DNA of 62,343 nucleotides from Priapulus caudatus (Eukaryota): NCBI RefSeq assembly GCF_000485595.1, contig NW_014577082.1, positions 865,742 to 928,084 of the forward strand, read 5' to 3'. Shown piece by piece: positions 1 to 11,651 of this stretch (position 1 is its first letter; each line of letters starts with the position of its first letter). The notes under the pieces were generated by a model. It saw only the letters and a program-made list of their open reading frames with translations, ran no database searches and was not told where the DNA came from. The position numbers and the translations under genes were made by a program.

Positions 1-125
1 AGGTGTTCAGGTGAGGCGAACGCGGGGGTGTTCAGGTGAGGCGAGCGCGGGGGTGGACAGGTGTTCAGGTGAGGCGAGCGCGGGGGTGGACAGGTGTTCA
101 GGTGAGGCGAGCGCGGTGGTGGACA
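1..125. repeat. 33-bp minisatellite (CAGGTGTTCAGGTGAGGCGAGCGCGGGGGTGGA), ~3.5 copies, truncated by the window start
   Basis: Unit visibly repeated; gives the [11 protein letters not shown] repeat in the spurious ORF 11..607. Confidence 0.9.
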
Positions 126-144
126 CAGATGCTGCCCCTTTCCC

Positions 145-540
145 CTTTCTCTCTCATGCTCTCTATTTTTCTCTCTCTTTCTGTCTCTCTCTGTCTCTGT
201 GTGTCTATCTCTGTCTTTCTTTCTCTATGTCTGTCTCTCTCTCTCTTTCTGTCTCTGTATGTCTCTGTCTCTCTCTCTCTCTCTTTCTGTCTCTGTATGT
301 CTCTGTCTTTCTCTTTCTCTCGCTATGTCTGTCTCTCTCTTTGTCTATTCCTCTGTGTGTCTGTCTGCCTCTCTATCTCTTTCTCTCTTTCTCCTATTCT
401 CTCTCTATCTTTTCTCTTTCTCTTTATTTGCCCTCTCTCTTTCGCCCTCTCTCCCACGCTTTCATTTTTATCTCTAATTCTGTCTCGCTCCCTCAATTTC
501 TCTCTCTCTGTCCCTCATCTCTCTCTCTTTTTGTGTCTCC
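145..540. repeat. Degenerate (CT)n/(CTGT)n microsatellite
   Basis: Low-complexity pyrimidine tract. Confidence 0.9.
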
Positions 541-603
541 CAATGTGCAAGGACTAATTATTTTAGGGATTCAACATAATCCATGTAGTGATGTTGTGTT
601 CAA

Positions 604-765
604 TTGACTACGTCACAAATTTTTTGGTGTAAATTTTTAAAATTTTTGTTGCCATTTTTTTACATTGAAAGTGAGTACTAATTAGATTAAATGTGTCGTC
701 AAATTCTTACCTGATAAGATTGTTTCTCTACTAGTTAAAAATCCAAAAAAAATGGACGATTTGAT
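604..765 (+). repeat. Fragment of a dispersed repeat family (second copy at ~11652-11812)
   Basis: Shares TTGACTACGTCACAAATTT and collinear downstream blocks (TTTTTTTACATT.AAAGT; ACCTG.TAA.A.TGTTT; GACGATTT) with 11652-11812. Confidence 0.65.
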
Positions 766-888
766 ATTATGATCCTTACATTAATTGCTTGCTAACAGAA
801 TCACTTGCATTTTGTGAAAAAGTGGACATAATTTGGTATTTTTAGTGTTTTCGGTGACGTAATCACTTTCAATGTTTTCTTCTTACAG

Positions 889-1052
889 GGCGGAAACAGA
901 CAATGTTGCTAGGAAGCGGAGCCTTATCCACATCCAGAGGGCGCTGATAAAAACGCAAGAACTCGGCGATGACAAACTCCAGCTGATGTCACAAGTGATT
1001 GACGTCATTGAGAACAGGGCCAGGCAGCTGGACACCGACTACCACAGTCTCG
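889..1052 (+). CDS. ING1: Inhibitor of growth (ING1/ING2-type) protein, internal exon encoding the N-terminal ING helical domain; earlier exon(s) lie outside the window
   Basis: Acceptor tcttacAG|889 and donor 1052|GTgggt. Translates to AETDNVARKRSLIHIQRALIKTQELGDDKLQLMSQVIDVIENRARQLD, matching the ING1/2 QRALIxxQELGDxK motif. The phase-1 donor fits the next exon. ING1 vs ING2 cannot be separated here. Confidence 0.9.
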
Positions 1053-1242
1053 GTGGGTGACAAACATATAGTTTCACGTCGAATCTCAACGTAGCGTCTT
1101 CCTCATTTTGAAAAGCTAGGAAAATTTGCGCGTTAAATTTCATGATCGTTCATTTTATGTGGGTGATGTTGTACCTGATAGCTGGGTTGTCATTGTGTTG
1201 CTTTTCTTATCTATAGATGGAGCCACAGACAGTATTTCTTAA

Positions 1243-1709
1243 AGCCGCAATATGCGCATCCAAATGCTAATTTCTCCAGTACTAGACTAGCAAATACTTC
1301 GTGTCATGCATAATCATACTACCTTATGACAAAATAAACTCTAGTTCCTCCCATTTCACTGCGCGTTGTCTTATAAAAGGTATTTGAAAATACCTCCAAT
1401 ATTGTTCAAATTCTCCGATATTGTTGACACGTTCACGTTGCTCTGCCAAGCAACCATACAGCGGGTGCAACCCGTGGCAACATGTGACGTCACCTAACCG
1501 ATTCGGGGCTAAATGGTTTGGCAAACAATTTGGCGTTGGCGCCAGATTGCCAGATTTCGCACCTCTTTCTTGTGGATTTTAAGCAAACGCGCGTGAAATG
1601 GGAGGAACTAGAGTTTATTTTGTCATAAGGTGGTGTGATTATGCATGACACGAAGTATTTGCTAGTCTAGTACTGGAGAAATTAGCGTTTGGATGCACAT
1701 ATTGCGGCT
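1243..1709. mobile_element. Non-autonomous DNA transposon (MITE) with ~117-bp TIRs and TTAA target-site duplication; AG...CT termini suggest Kolobok
   Basis: TTAA(1239-1242)-AGCCGCAATATGCGCATCCAAATGCTAATTTCTCCAGTACTAG... is mirrored by ...CTAGTACTGGAGAAATTAGCGTTTGGATGCACATATTGCGGCT-TTAA(1710-1713). The arms differ at only a few positions. Confidence 0.85.
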
Positions 1710-2054
1710 TTAAGAGGTATTGTGTGTTAAAATGGATTACCATCATTTCAAGCAGTCTCCTTATGAACTTTCTCTCTATATTATATAATACAAAAAAATA
1801 ATAAATGCACAAATAAGTCATTTCTTATAAAAAGCACTCACAATGCACTTTATCGCTAAAAGGCCACAGTCAATACAGGTGTACTGTTACAGCCAGAGAG
1901 GCATGACAGAGACGCCATTAACATTAACTCTACAAACCCCCGAATATGATCCGATGTGCATGAGATCATCTGTGTTGGAGATAAGCCCTTATGTATAAGA
2001 ATAATGATATGGATTTCTTTCTAAAACTCTATTGAGTATATCTCATGTGGAACA

Positions 2055-2185
2055 CACATAGTAACTGCTGTTGTAGCTGTAACACTGTAACACTGTAACA
2101 CATAGTAACTACTGTTGTAGCTGTAACACTGTAACACTGTAACACATAGTAACTACTGTTGTAGCTGTAACACTGTAACACTGTC
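2055..2185. repeat. ~44-bp tandem repeat built from CACTGTAA/GTAGCTGTAA subunits
   Basis: CACATAGTAACTACTGTTGTAGCTGTAACACTGTAACACTGTAA repeated about 3 times before the gap. Confidence 0.8.
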
Positions 2186-2203
2186 ATGTCCTGNNNNNNN
2201 NNN

Positions 2204-3590
2204 CCCAGACAGTATTTCTTAAGAGCCCGCAATATGCGCCCCATCCAAATAGCCTAATTTCTCGAGTACCCTAGACTAGCAAATACTACCTCGTCGATGC
2301 GACTCAATCATACTACTTATCGCACAAAATAACACTCACTTCCTTCCCTATTCTCACTGCGCGTTGTCTTATCAAAAGCCGCTTATTGAAAAATCACTCC
2401 CAATATTAGTTCAAAATTCCGCACTACTTGTTAGACACCGCCTTCACGCTTGCCTGCCAAGGCCAACCATTACAGCGGCGACCCTGCAACACTCTGCGGC
2501 AACATGCTGCCACGTTCACCTAACCGCTCTGATCTACGCGGCCCGCCTAACATGGTTGACCCGGACCCCAAACAATCTTGGCCGTTTGGCCGCCCGCCCA
2601 GCATACTGCCAGATCCATTATCGCACCCTTCTTGCTGGCCATTTAAGCCAACACCGCCGCGCTAGAAATGGCGGCAGAGAACTAACTTCTCATATTTGCC
2701 TCATAAACGCCGACCGCCCTGCGCTGTGATTATGCCCCATCGACGACGCAAGTAACTCTGCTAGCGCTAGTACCTGGGAGAAATTAGCCGCCCTTTGCCG
2801 ACTGGCACATATTGGCTTTATACGCACGGTCATTCGCTGTGCTAAAATGGCATTACCATACATATTCAAGCCAGCTCTCCTTATGAACTTCCTCCATTAA
2901 TAGTATATACATGACACAAAAAATAATAAATGACCACAATAAAGTCATTTACTCTATAAAAAGCAATCACAATAGCACTTCATCGCTAAAGGCCACAGCT
3001 CAATACAGCCCGCTAGTATCTGTTACACCCAGAGAGCGCCTATGACAGAGATCGCCCCATATAACATTCAACTCTACAAAACCCCGCAATATGATCGATG
3101 TGCATAGCCAGATCATCTGTGTTGGCCAGCGATAAGCCCTTGATCGCTAATCGAGCCGAATAATCCACTATGCGCAATTCTTTCCTAAAACTTTTACTGC
3201 AGTAAACTCACTGCATGCGGCAACACACTTACTACTGTTACATAGCTAACCTACAGGACTTGTTGTAGCTGTAAACACTGCCTCACACATCATAAGCTAA
3301 CTGCTGTTGCTAGCTAAGTAACACCTGTACACCTCGTAACACATCACGCCTTAACTACTGTTGGTAGCTGTTATAAACCACTGTAACACGTAACACATAA
3401 GCTAACTACTGTGCTAGCCCTGTAACACATGCTAACACCTCGCTAAACACAGTCAGTAAACTACTGTATGTAGCTGTAACACTGCTAACCACCTCGTAAC
3501 ACTGCCTAATGCCTGCTAACTACATAGTAGCGTACTGTTCATGCCTAACTCTGTCAGCATGACACCTGTCATGTCCTGCGGTATTAAATC
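2204..3590 (+). other. Insertion-riddled second copy of 1225-2193 (probable raw long-read gap fill, false duplication)
   Basis: Begins right after an N gap and follows 1225-2193 collinearly, with frequent 1-2 nt insertions. Confidence 0.8.
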
Positions 3591-4240
3591 ATACATTCAT
3601 ATTGCATCCGTGTCTACGTACCATGTGGGTAGAACTAGTGTAGCGACTAGTTCTACCCACCAACATATAGCAACCTTCTTATCATATCTTCAGGAATGCG
3701 CGTGTTCATGATTATCTTCATTCGCGCTCTGCCCCGACTCGCTGCCGCCACAAACTCAGCCCCTTAGCTCACTCGACCGCCCGTTGCCTAACATGCCCGA
3801 CCACAGTATTTAAGCTATGATATATCCACATCGCATCCATCGCTCTCATCTCCTCTACTTTCTCTCTCTCTCTCTCTTCTCTCTCATCACTCTACTCGCT
3901 CTCATCTCATACATCTCTCTCCTCTCTCTCTACTACTCTACTCTACTCTACTCTCCTCTCATCTATCTCATACTCTCTCCTCTCTCTCCGTCATACTCTC
4001 TCTGCCGGCTGCCAGCACCCTACCACCATGGTGCCCTATAAACACTAGCTATATATAGGCTTAACGATCACACACAAAAACAAGTCCTTCCCCCCCCATC
4101 CGTTTCGTTCTCTCTCAGCACTGTGCGCCTTCGCCCCCCCGGAATTAATGTCAACATACTAGTGTCTGTAACTATGGAGTGGCCACAACTACGGTGCTAT
4201 ACATCTATACTTAATGCAAGATCATCTTCTCTTCTCTCTC

Positions 4241-4333
<93 letters not shown>

Positions 4334-4585
4334 CTCTCTTTTCTTTCTCTCTCTTCCTCTCTCCTCTCTCTCTCTCTTCTACCTCTCTTCTCGCTCTCTC
4401 GCTCTCTCTCTCATCTCTCCTCTCTCTGCTCTACTCCTCTCTCTCTTCTCTCTCTCTCTCTCCTCTCTCTCTCTCCTCTCTCTCTCTCTCTACCTCCTCT
4501 CTCTCTCTCTCTCTCTCTCTTCGTCTCTCTCTCGCTCTATATCTGTATCACCCACAATCATCTCTCTCGACCGCATGCGTTGCAG

Positions 4586-5052
4586 AGATGGGCAAGCCGG
4601 AGGAGAAGTCGGACGTCGCCCGTCAGCAGCCTGAGGAGCGTGGCGCCACCTACGTCGTCCCGATCAGCCGTGACAAGGCATCCCTGAAGCGCTCCCGCCG
4701 CGCGAAACCAGACACCGCCGCCATATTGCGCGACGTCGTCGTCCCGCTAGAGGTCGTCGCCGCTCCCGTCGTCGTCGAGGAGAAGCTGCGGCCGAAGAAG
4801 AAGAAGCGGAAGACGAAGGTGGAGAAGGAGAGGACGCCGGACTCCCCCGTCGCAGAGGCGATCGATCCGAATGAACCGGTGTACTGCCTCTGCCAGCAGG
4901 TGTCGTTCGGCGAGATGGTCGGGTGCGACTATGAGCATTGCCCCATCGAGTGGTTCCACTTCTCCTGCGTGAAACTCGTGTCGAAGCCGAAGGGAAGGTG
5001 GTACTGCCCGCGTTGCCGCGGTGACAACAGCAAGACGTGTCGCTACAAGTAG
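4586..5052 (+). CDS. ING1: ING1/ING2-type protein, terminal exon: basic NLS region and PHD finger
   Basis: Acceptor ttgcAG|4586 after a CT tract; phase 1 joins exon 889-1052 (G+AG=Glu). Contains KKKKRKTK (NLS) and [33 protein letters not shown]....[10 protein letters not shown] (canonical ING C4HC3 PHD). Stop TAG at 5050-5052. Confidence 0.95.
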
Positions 5053-5164
5053 CGTTCGCGCGTTGCCGCGGCGACGACAGCGAGACGCATCGCTACAAGT
5101 AGCATCCGCTCGTTGCCGCGGCGACGACAGCAAGACGCGTCGCTACAAGTAGTGTCCGCGCGTT
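5009..5164 (+). repeat. 50-bp tandem repeat x3 spanning the ING stop codon
   Basis: CGTTGCCGCG at 5011, 5061 and 5111; each unit contains CGCTACAAGTAG. Confidence 0.9.
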
Positions 5165-5684
5165 TGTGTTGAAGCGGGAGAGTTGTGCCTCGCTGTCCCT
5201 CGCACGGCAAACAATGTGACTTTCAAATGCAATTTCGGACGGTGTGTGTGTTTGGGGAGGGATGTTTAACGTGAGGCTGGTGAGGTTCGATCACCGATTG
5301 GTGAACTTCGACGGAATCCTTGCTCTAGGTGGGATTAGGACGGCAACTCGTTACACCTACGTCAGGTGCTAAGTACATAGTGCCTCCCCTTCGCTCCAAT
5401 ACAAGATTACTCGTGGTTTCTCCAGGGACTAGACTGTGTTTTAAAACGAGGCCTTGACCTGGAGGATAATGACACTACCATCAACGTTGGCTGTGTACTG
5501 ACTGGTTCAGCCGACCAAAGATATTGGTATCAGCATTCTGAGACCAGCGTGCTGGCTGCCAGTGTATTGTCTGCAACGGCTCTGCATGACTGACTGAAGA
5601 ACAATGACAGACAGACTGACTGACAGTTAGCACACTCTCATGCATATACGTGCACATATAAGCTATCATCATCATCATCTGCCT

Positions 5685-5849
5685 CTTTTCTCTCCTCTCT
5701 CCCTCCTTTCTCTCCTCTCTCCCTCCTTTCTCTCCTCTCTCCCTCCTTTCTCTCCTCTCTCCCTCCTTTCTCTCCTCTCTCCCTCCTTTCTCTCCTCTCT
5801 CCCTCCTTTCTCTCCTCTCTCCCTCCTTTCTCTCCTCTCTCCCTCCTTT
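5685..5849. repeat. 20-bp pyrimidine minisatellite (CCCTCCTTTCTCTCCTCTCT)n running into an N gap
   Basis: Exact 20-nt periodicity. Confidence 0.9.
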
Positions 5850-6311
5850 NNNNNNNNNNNNNNNNNNNNNNNNNNNNNNNNNNNNNNNNNNNNNNNNNNN
5901 NNNNNNNNNNNNNNNNNNNNNNNNNNNNNNNNNNNNNNNNNNNNNNNNNNNNNNNNNNNNNNNNNNNNNNNNNNNNNNNNNNNNNNNNNNNNNNNNNNNN
6001 NNNNNNNNNNNNNNNNNNNNNNNNNNNNNNNNNNNNNNNNNNNNNNNNNNNNNNNNNNNNNNNNNNNNNNNNNNNNNNNNNNNNNNNNNNNNNNNNNNNN
6101 NNNNNNNNNNNNNNNNNNNNNNNNNNNNNNNNNNNNNNNNNNNNNNNNNNNNNNNNNNNNNNNNNNNNNNNNNNNNNNNNNNNNNNNNNNNNNNNNNNNN
6201 NNNNNNNNNNNNNNNNNNNNNNNNNNNNNNNNNNNNNNNNNNNNNNNNNNNNNNNNNNNNNNNNNNNNNNNNNNNNNNNNNNNNNNNNNNNNNNNNNNNN
6301 NNACACACACG

Positions 6312-6374
<63 letters not shown>

Positions 6375-7537
6375 ACTCTGTGTAACTAATGCTCACTGTA
6401 TACACATGTTCCTCTATATTCTACGTACATTCTATGTAGGTTATATGTTTATAATGCAGATAGATGCAGGTTCTTGACACACAGGTCAGTCAGTATTCAG
6501 CTGTCTGTAAATATCAATACCCAGAATTTAAAAAGCATCCATATAGCAATGTGTCTTTGAGAATGAGATGGGATGTGTTCCTGTGAATTCATACAACATA
6601 GGCTATTAACATTGTTTCGGAAAGGTTGGATGAAGGGTTATTTAGTATAGAGTCAATACTATGCCCATCTTTTAAAAAGTATTTCACTTGTTTATAATCA
6701 ACGCCATGCCCACCTCTTTCTTGCTCACGTCTTTGTGAAAGTTTTTTCATAGTTAACGTATTTCTGAAGAAGTTGAACAAGAATGTAGTTGCTCATGTCA
6801 TTGCTCGCGAAGGTTATTTTTGTTATAACGGTACATGTTTTTACTGTGTTCACCATCTAAATTTATCTTATTCCCATAAAAAAGATGCCTTCAGTCGCAA
6901 ATTCTATAGCATCACAAGATCAGGTTCTGATAAGAACAAGTCAAATCTACCCAATTTCAGAATACATCTATGGTATCATAAGATATCGTATTATAAGACA
7001 AGGCTATTAGAGGACGAATGGTGGAGAAGGACGGAAGATAAGGAGTGATATGCGGGGATTCTGATGGGGTACCCTTAATCTCATTTCACAGTAGCTATTT
7101 GGACCTTTGTTCATGTCTACGCAAACGTTGCAATTTCTCACTAAAAATTTCCGTAGTCAATTGCTATATTAAATCCAAAAACGAAGAAGCTTAAAAATCC
7201 GCATAAAACACAAGGCAGCAAAAACAAGGGAGAAAACTAAAAGGAGAGAAAAACAAAAATGAGCGTTTTCGCGCTACTATTCAGAAAGAAATCGCGCATC
7301 AAGCTACCCAAAAAAAATCATGACTGACGGTAAAAAACTATCGTTTTTCATGCTAACGTTAAAATATCCGCACGTCTCTTTCCACACGTGACGCCATGCC
7401 GCACGCGCGCCCCCGTGCGAGCAGAACACTGCTACACATGACCTCTAGCTCTTCTTCCACATTTCCCTTCTCTTTCTATCCACCCTTCTCTTCATCTTTC
7501 CTTTTCTCTATCCACCGGTGGGGGGGGGTAGGTTCGT

Positions 7538-8193
7538 CTATGGCTGACAGGCTCTCTGGCACTCCACTTGCGTGATGAAGCGATTGTCGTTCCCGCTACA
7601 GCCACCGTAAAGGAACTGACTGCACTGCGATCGCTGGTGGTCGAAATACCAGCGATGGAAGTTGAAGTTACACGGGCCGTGGTCGGGCGCCGAGCTGCAC
7701 CGTGACCCGGGGTCGCGTAGATGACCTGGGTCGGCCTGGCGGCTGCCGCAGCGTTGCTCGCAGTCGGCGAACGAGCGGAAGTTGTTGTCGTTACCGTCGC
7801 AGCCTCCGTATATGATCTCTTCGCACAGGTTGCTGTTCTTGTTGTAGAACCATCGCAGCAGCGCGCCGGGGCAGCCGCCCGGGTCCGCCGGCTGTGCGCA
7901 TGCGTCCCCGGGAGGGAACGCCGGCGTCTGATTGGACGACGTGGGTTGCTGGGGTGATCTCCCGCCATTTTGTGACGGGGTGCGTTGCTGGGTGACGCGA
8001 GGATCGGCCGTGGTCGTCTGCGGGCAGCAGAAGTTGAATTCGACGACCTTCGTGTTGAGAGTTCCTGTGACGGTGACGCAGCGGTAGGGGTCCGGACACG
8101 GGTTACTGAGAGCGTCGCAGGTCACTCTCTCCGTGCGGGACGTGCCGGCCAGCAGAGGCTCCGCGCCATTAGTGCATGGGTTGAAAATGGCGT
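7538..8193 (-). CDS. Secreted Kunitz-domain protein, exon 2: lustrin/WR1-like Cys repeat, Pro/Gln/Thr linker, two BPTI/Kunitz domains
   Basis: Acceptor (ct)n-ttccaacAG|8193, phase 1. Cys repeat NPCTNGAEPL...VTCDALSNPCPDPYRC...FCCP. Kunitz 1 CAQPADPGGCPGALLRWFYN...CEEIIYGGCDGNDNNF...CEQRC. Kunitz 2 CSSAPDHGPCNFNFHRWYFD...CSQFLYGGCSGNDNRF...CQRAC. Stop at 7540-7538. Confidence 0.93.
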
Positions 8194-8582
8194 CTGTTGG
8201 AAAGAGAGAGAGAGAGAAAGAAAGCGCGAATGAAACTTTAACAGAATGCTGCGTAGACGTGAGAGTGTACAGCGCCGTAGCTACAACTTGTATGATTTCG
8301 TGTACGTCTATGATATCTATGTTTTATATATTGTGCATTTATACTCCTTCGCGTCTACTGACTTAATTATTTCGTTGGGGCGGGGTGACGTTTCTAGGTA
8401 TTCGTTGCCTACGTTGTCTTCGAATTTAAAATGGGCAACATATTGCCTCTATTATTAACTAGCAGGCTGCAGTGGAGGGCAAGGCAAATAGCAGCAAACT
8501 GCGTGCACACGTAATTAGCAGCAAAATCGCTCGCGGACATGGTGGCGATGTTTTTACCCAACCCGCGAACTTCTACCGCCAG

Positions 8583-8639
<57 letters not shown>

Positions 8640-9163
8640 GATAGTAGCAGTAGATAGTTTTCTTGCATAGACTATTGTTGAGGGTGTCGATCATTGACCT
8701 GTATAAAACTATATAACTATTATCTATGTAATTAATATCCTAAATCTAATGTACTACTAACAATCTCGATGCTAACCCTCATAATTATGAGCGCGCGGAC
8801 ACGCGGGGACGCATGCGCACAAGCCTGCACACGCGCGTGTGTGTTTACTGATATATGTAAATAAGTTCACGCGTAAAATGATAACAGATAACGTCCGCCA
8901 ATTAATATCTTAATCCGTATAAGTAGTACAATCGTAAGTGGTACAGGCCTGTGCGCACAGGTTGTCGCATGATTTCAGGAGTGAACGAAAAACTAATTAT
9001 GAAAGTGTGAAAAGTGAATGTGTTTTTATTCACTCCTAGCTGGCAGTTTAAATAGTGCATATCAGGAGTAAATAAACGCAAATCGTTTTTAGTCACTCTT
9101 AAACTTGTGCTTACTTTCGACGGACAGTATGTATATATGTTCATGATATTACGAGTGAGTAAA

Positions 9164-9311
9164 TGCCCCCCCGCACACGGTGCGCGTTCGGCGCGCGCCA
9201 ACGGCGCTGAGCCAGAAAAAGCAAACACGATAGATATTTTGCGCGCGCATTCGGCGCACGCCAACCCGCACACGGTGCGCATTCGGCATTCTTGTACCGT
9301 GTGCGGGGGCC
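9164..9311. mobile_element. Short MITE-like element with ~16-bp TIRs (PIF/Harbinger-Tourist-like) in the Kunitz-gene intron
   Basis: GCCCCCCCGCACACGGT ... ACCGTGTGCGGGGGCC with TAA/TTA flanks, plus an internal repeat CCCGCACACGGTGCGC. Confidence 0.6.
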
Positions 9312-9484
9312 TTTATATCACCAAAACCTAATCATATATATGTAATATGTGTTTCTCTATTTTTTATAGTTCTTGATATTACGTGTGAGTGACATCACCA
9401 AGAACTAATAATATATGTAATATATATGTTATATGTATTATTAGTTCTTGATGTTGTTACTATATTATATAGTGAGTTATATAC

Positions 9485-9899
9485 CGAGTAGTCGCTGCTG
9501 CTGCTGTTGCTGGGTCTGCGTCACGGGCCCGCACCGCGCTCCGCCCCTCTGCACGTCGGCGCTGCATGCTTCCAGCTCTTGCTGCGTGTCGCGACAAGTC
9601 GTCGCGAGGCGATCGTACTGCGCGGTGACACTCGTTAGTCGGGCATCGGTCGTCAGCAGCTGTTGCTGAAGGCCATTAACGTAGCTGTTCACATCCGTGA
9701 TCCCTCCACGCTGCAGCTGACTCGCTATGAGGTTACTGTTCAGCGCATCGCCGACCGCCAAGGGTAACTTAAATTTAAACATGCAGGTGTTTTGAGCGTG
9801 GCAGCACGGCAGGTAGCCCAGCAGTAGCAGTAGCAGCAGCAGGTACGCGGTTACAGCCAGGGTCCTACTCGGGGTTGTGGTTGAACACGAAGCGGCCAT
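9485..9899 (-). CDS. Secreted Kunitz-domain protein, exon 1: signal peptide, CxFxFxLP motif, coiled-coil segment, polyQ
   Basis: ATG at 9899; hydrophobic LAVTAYLLLLLLLLGYLPCCHA|Q signal; heptad-like LQQQLLTTDARLTSVTAQYDRLATTCRDTQQELE. Donor 9485|GTatat (phase 1) joins exon 2 in frame: 415+656=1071 nt, 356 aa. Confidence 0.85.
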
Positions 9900-11651
9900 G
9901 TTTGCACTAACTGTTGCTGCGTGAGAGAGGGATAAAAACTTCTATGCGGTGTACAGCCGTAAGTGGTTCCCTTCTTTCTCTATGCTTGCCCTCGTGCGCT
10001 CCTCTACGCGGGATCGTGGCGAGGCGGCCGTGTCCTGTTTAGCGAGATCCCGCGAGATGCGTCGGCGATGCGACGTCCACAGATGCTGTCGGCACGAACG
10101 ACCGTACGCGATACCCGCGGCTGAAACAACTGCTATGTGTTACTCAGAGAAGGTTCCCCCGAAGCGTATGCTTCTGTCCGTGGTGCGTGGTTAGGTCGTA
10201 CAGCATACAGGCCTGCTAACGTGCGCAGTTCTGGTAGATATACGGAGCTGGCAGTATCGTCTTGGGGAGTCGTGACTATAGGCTTGTGACCATGGCCGCT
10301 TTTAGGGGTAACCTTTCATGTGTGACATCGAGCAGAGAGAAGGAGGGGCTAGGCCTCGGAATAACAGAGTAGACGTATGAAAAGGATGTTTGCAAGCGTG
10401 TGTGTGTGTTTGTGTGTGATGTGGTTGGCGTGCGTGCCGTCGGCGTGACGGTGTGTGTGGTGGTGTGCGCTAGAGTGTTGTGCCGTGTGCGCGCGCGTGG
10501 CGGCTACGACGTTGCGTGTGTATATGATGCGCAGGTGTATATATGGTTGTGGTTCGTACGGTGTGTGATGTGTGGCGCGCGTGCAGAACGTGTAGTGTGG
10601 TGCGCGTGTGTATGTATGGGTGTTGCGTGCCGTACGTGTATGTGTGTGGGTGGGTGTTGTGCGTGCGACGTTGTGTGGGTGTATGCGCGCGCTGTGTGTG
10701 TGCGTGTGTGTGTTTTGCTTGCGTGTCTGATGTGTCGTTCGCTTGTGTGTGCGGCGCCGCGTTGTGGTTTGTGCTCGCGTGACGTACGTGTCTGATCTTG
10801 GGTGTGTGTGTGTTGTGTTTGGCGTGCGTGCGTGCGTGTGCGGCGTGGCGTACGGTGTGTGTGGGTGTGCGGACCGTGCCAGGTTGATATCGGTGAAGTT
10901 CGTGACAACTAAGTATGCTTAGAGTGTGCCAGAAAACACGTCGAATTACCATTAACCCGTGTGTGAGCTATACTACTGTGCATAAAAATAGCAGTCCTGT
11001 AATAGCTGCGAGGGCGCAGCGAACTTCGGGTCATGTTCCCATGTCAAACATGCCAGCAGAAGATCATTACGAAATCATTTATGTAATTGTAATTTACGAC
11101 TAACGAATACGCACGGCACAGTCACGGCAAGCCTACACACGGACGCGCAAGGCATGTATACTGCACACGCACGCCCGCACGCAACGCACACACACACGCA
11201 CTCCACACACACAACAACACACCCCAAACAACGCGCGCGCGCGCGCACACACACACTCACACAACACACACACACATATATATATATAATATATACATAT
11301 ACATATATATACATACTATATATATATATATACATTATACATAATATCAGGAGTAGATAATAGAAGATCATTAAAGATGATAGAATCTTCTATTATCTAC
11401 TCCTGATAATATATATACCTACATTTCCTCACTGTTTCTCTCAATACCAGCAAGCTAGGCGCTTTCGTGTTATGTGAAACAGAGCGCCTGAATCGGTAAG
11501 TGGCTTCAGCTTGACAACAGAAACACACAATCGCCGGAACAATAACATCATATTATCAGGAGTTAATGAAGACAAATCTTCAATGTTTTGTTTGTCTGAA
11601 CACCACAAGACAGTCGCAGACAAGACAGTCACAAATGTTTGCTTCATTAAG

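Noticed and set aside
11..607. ORFs 11..607, 36..557 and 199..477
   Set aside because: Translations of a 33-bp minisatellite and a (CT)n tract.
2204..3590. Second MITE copy or old tandem duplication, and ORFs 2364..2729 and 2450..2665
   Set aside because: The insertion-dominated divergence beside an N gap is typical of an uncorrected long read rather than evolutionary decay.
4123..4585. N-terminal part of the 309-aa ORF 4123..5052
   Set aside because: Intronic (CT)n read-through; the real exon starts at the acceptor at 4586.
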